This document shows, piece after piece, positions 62,787 to 64,000 of a stretch of DNA of 64,000 bases. The notes under the pieces were generated by a model. It worked only from the letters and a program-made list of their open reading frames with translations, was not told the origin of the DNA and ran no database searches. Within the stretch, counting starts at the first letter, position 1; each line of letters begins with the position of its first letter. A program made the position numbers and the translations under genes. The stretch is from Myxococcales bacterium. Lineage in GTDB: Bacteria; Myxococcota_A; Polyangia; Polyangiales; Houyiibacteriaceae. The DNA is taken from assembly GCA_029863605.1 (NCBI GenBank), contig JAOTVB010000001.1:160187-224186 (forward strand). The letters run 5' to 3'.

Positions 62787-64000
62787 TCAGAGGCGTTGCA
62801 GGTACTGAATCGCTTCGTTTGCACTGCCGCGGAGGCAAGCGTTGGTGTTGACCCTCTTTCTTCCGAGGCCACCCCTGGGCCGGTTTCTGGCTTTGCGCAG
62901 CGCGGGAATCGCTTTCTTGCTGCCGAGGGCGCGAAGGTTTGCGACGGCTTCCTTGCGATCTGGACAGGTTTCTCCCTGCTGCAGGTCGAGCGTATAGGAA
63001 TCTAGGCGGTCGATTCGGTCGCTCAGGCCTACCTCTTCGGCGACCTTGACGGCTTTGTGCCGTCGACGTGGCTCCTTCGACGAAGAAGCGAAGTCGATGA
63101 GCTGATCGGCCGCCGTTTGGTCGCCCGCCGTGGAGACCAACATGCCCAGGAAGTCCAGCGCCGCATCGACGACATCAGGGGGAGACTTTTTGTCCAGCAT
63201 CCGCTCGACATTGGCGCGCATGCGCTTGTTGTTGGCAAGTTCGGGATCGAGAGAGAGGGCCTTCTCGTAGGCGATCAGAGCCTGCATGCTGAGCTCTTTG
63301 TTGGCCTGCGCATGACCGAGGCTCATGACCGCGTAGGGCTCTTCGGGCGCCGGGGTGTCGGGGCCCGTGCTCCCGAACGCGAGAGCAAGACCGGCTGTCA
63401 GGGCGATGACCACTATCGCAGCTGCCAGCATTCGCTTGGTTGGCTTCTTTTTGGGGACTACGCGAGCAAACCGAGTCGTAAGCAATGCGCGAATGCGATG
63501 GATGTCGAAGGGGGGGATCTCGCGAAGCCCAGAGCGGAGTCGATCTTTGCCCCGCACGATCTTGTCGATTCGCTGGATGTAATCTTTGGCGCTGCCGATA
63601 CGGTCGTCCGGCTTTTTTTCGAGGCCGTGGAGGATGAGCCGCTCGACCGCGTCGGGAACGTCGACGTCCGGTGCCACGTCTGCGAACCTGGGGACACTCT
63701 GCGAAACATGCATGCGTAGGAGCGCGCCGACATCGTCCGTGTCGAACGGAGGGACGCCCGTGATCATCTCGTACAGCATGACCGACAGGGAGTAGAGGTC
63801 GGCTCGCCCGTCGATCGGGAGCCCATATGCCTGCTCGGGTGCGATGTACGTCGGGGTGCCGATGGCAACCCCTTGCTGGGTCAGCTTGGCGTCATTGACC
63901 AGCAGCAGCGTGTCCGATTCGGGTTTCGCGTCATCGTGCAAGAGCTTTGCGATTCCAAAATCGAGGATCTTGGCGAAGTCGGGGTCGCCGTCCTGCTCGA
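62787..64000 (-). CDS. Ser/Thr protein kinase with TM helix and TPR/HEAT-like C-terminus; the 5' end lies beyond the right window edge
   Basis: The frame stays open to the window end: …KILDFGIAKLL… (DFG), GTPTYIAPEQ (APE). One TM helix (LAAAIVVIALTAGLALAF) and a helical-repeat tail. Confidence 0.85.
   Translation of the reverse strand, partial: EQDGDPDFAKILDFGIAKLLHDDAKPESDTLLLVNDAKLTQQGVAIGTPTYIAPEQAYGLPIDGRADLYSLSVMLYEMITGVPPFDTDDVGALLRMHVSQSVPRFADVAPDVDVPDAVERLILHGLEKKPDDRIGSAKDYIQRIDKIVRGKDRLRSGLREIPPFDIHRIRALLTTRFARVVPKKKPTKRMLAAAIVVIALTAGLALAFGSTGPDTPAPEEPYAVMSLGHAQANKELSMQALIAYEKALSLDPELANNKRMRANVERMLDKKSPPDVVDAALDFLGMLVSTAGDQTAADQLIDFASSSKEPRRRHKAVKVAEEVGLSDRIDRLDSYTLDLQQGETCPDRKEAVANLRALGSKKAIPALRKARNRPRGGLGRKRVNTNACLRGSANEAIQYLQRL

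Noticed and set aside
1-64000. CRISPR arrays, rRNA/tRNA genes, IS elements, integrases, prophage genes
   Set aside because: I looked for regularly spaced direct repeats, conserved rRNA/tRNA strings and transposase/integrase-like ORFs on both strands and found none. The only repeats are the gene-tail duplications at 35.3-36.9 kb and short Gly-codon tracts.

Overview
This is a 64-kb, gene-dense, high-GC chromosomal segment (roughly two-thirds G+C by eye). The gene content points to a Myxococcota-like organism, which is inference only: many signal-peptide+Cys lipoproteins, PEGA-domain Ser/Thr kinases, sigma-54 enhancer-binding proteins (EBPs), a zinc-ribbon/GYF protein with an AgmX/PglI-type tail, and an ERG4/ERG24 sterol reductase. 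I can support about 60 protein-coding genes. I recognised no rRNA, tRNA, CRISPR array, transposase or integrase. Housekeeping anchors are astA-astD (left edge), hpt, rpmG (53 aa, absent from the ORF track), typA, rmuC, a Ski2-like helicase and thioredoxin. The strongest signal is regulatory. My manual scan found five near-consensus sigma-54 (-24/-12) promoters, each 25-55 nt upstream of a secreted lipoprotein gene. Two precede paralogous multi-Kazal protease-inhibitor-like lipoproteins; one of these also carries a textbook Kunitz/BPTI domain and the other an eight-cysteine module. Two more precede a subtilisin-like S8 lipoprotein and a divergent Cys-rich lipoprotein operon, and these two are a perfect 15-bp inverted duplicate (TGGCACGCCTCGTGC). 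The fifth precedes an orphan lipoprotein. Two sigma-54 activators lie in the same window: one NtrC-type, and one GAF-type that is cotranscribed with a PEGA kinase. I read this as a candidate sigma-54-controlled extracellular protease/protease-inhibitor system; that is a hypothesis, not shown. Other notable points: a eukaryote-type ERG4/ERG24 sterol reductase and a ChoD-like GMC oxidoreductase; a mosaic of duplicated gene tails flanking a 1.1-kb cassette (35.3-36.9 kb); a low-GC patch (52.9-56.6 kb) with an orphan ribbon-helix-helix gene, a ~34 % GC intergenic region and gene remnants; and a nitrilase-superfamily-like lipoprotein whose nucleophile Cys appears replaced by Ser. All functional calls rest on motif recognition by eye and memory. 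No database searches or computations beyond hand counting were possible.
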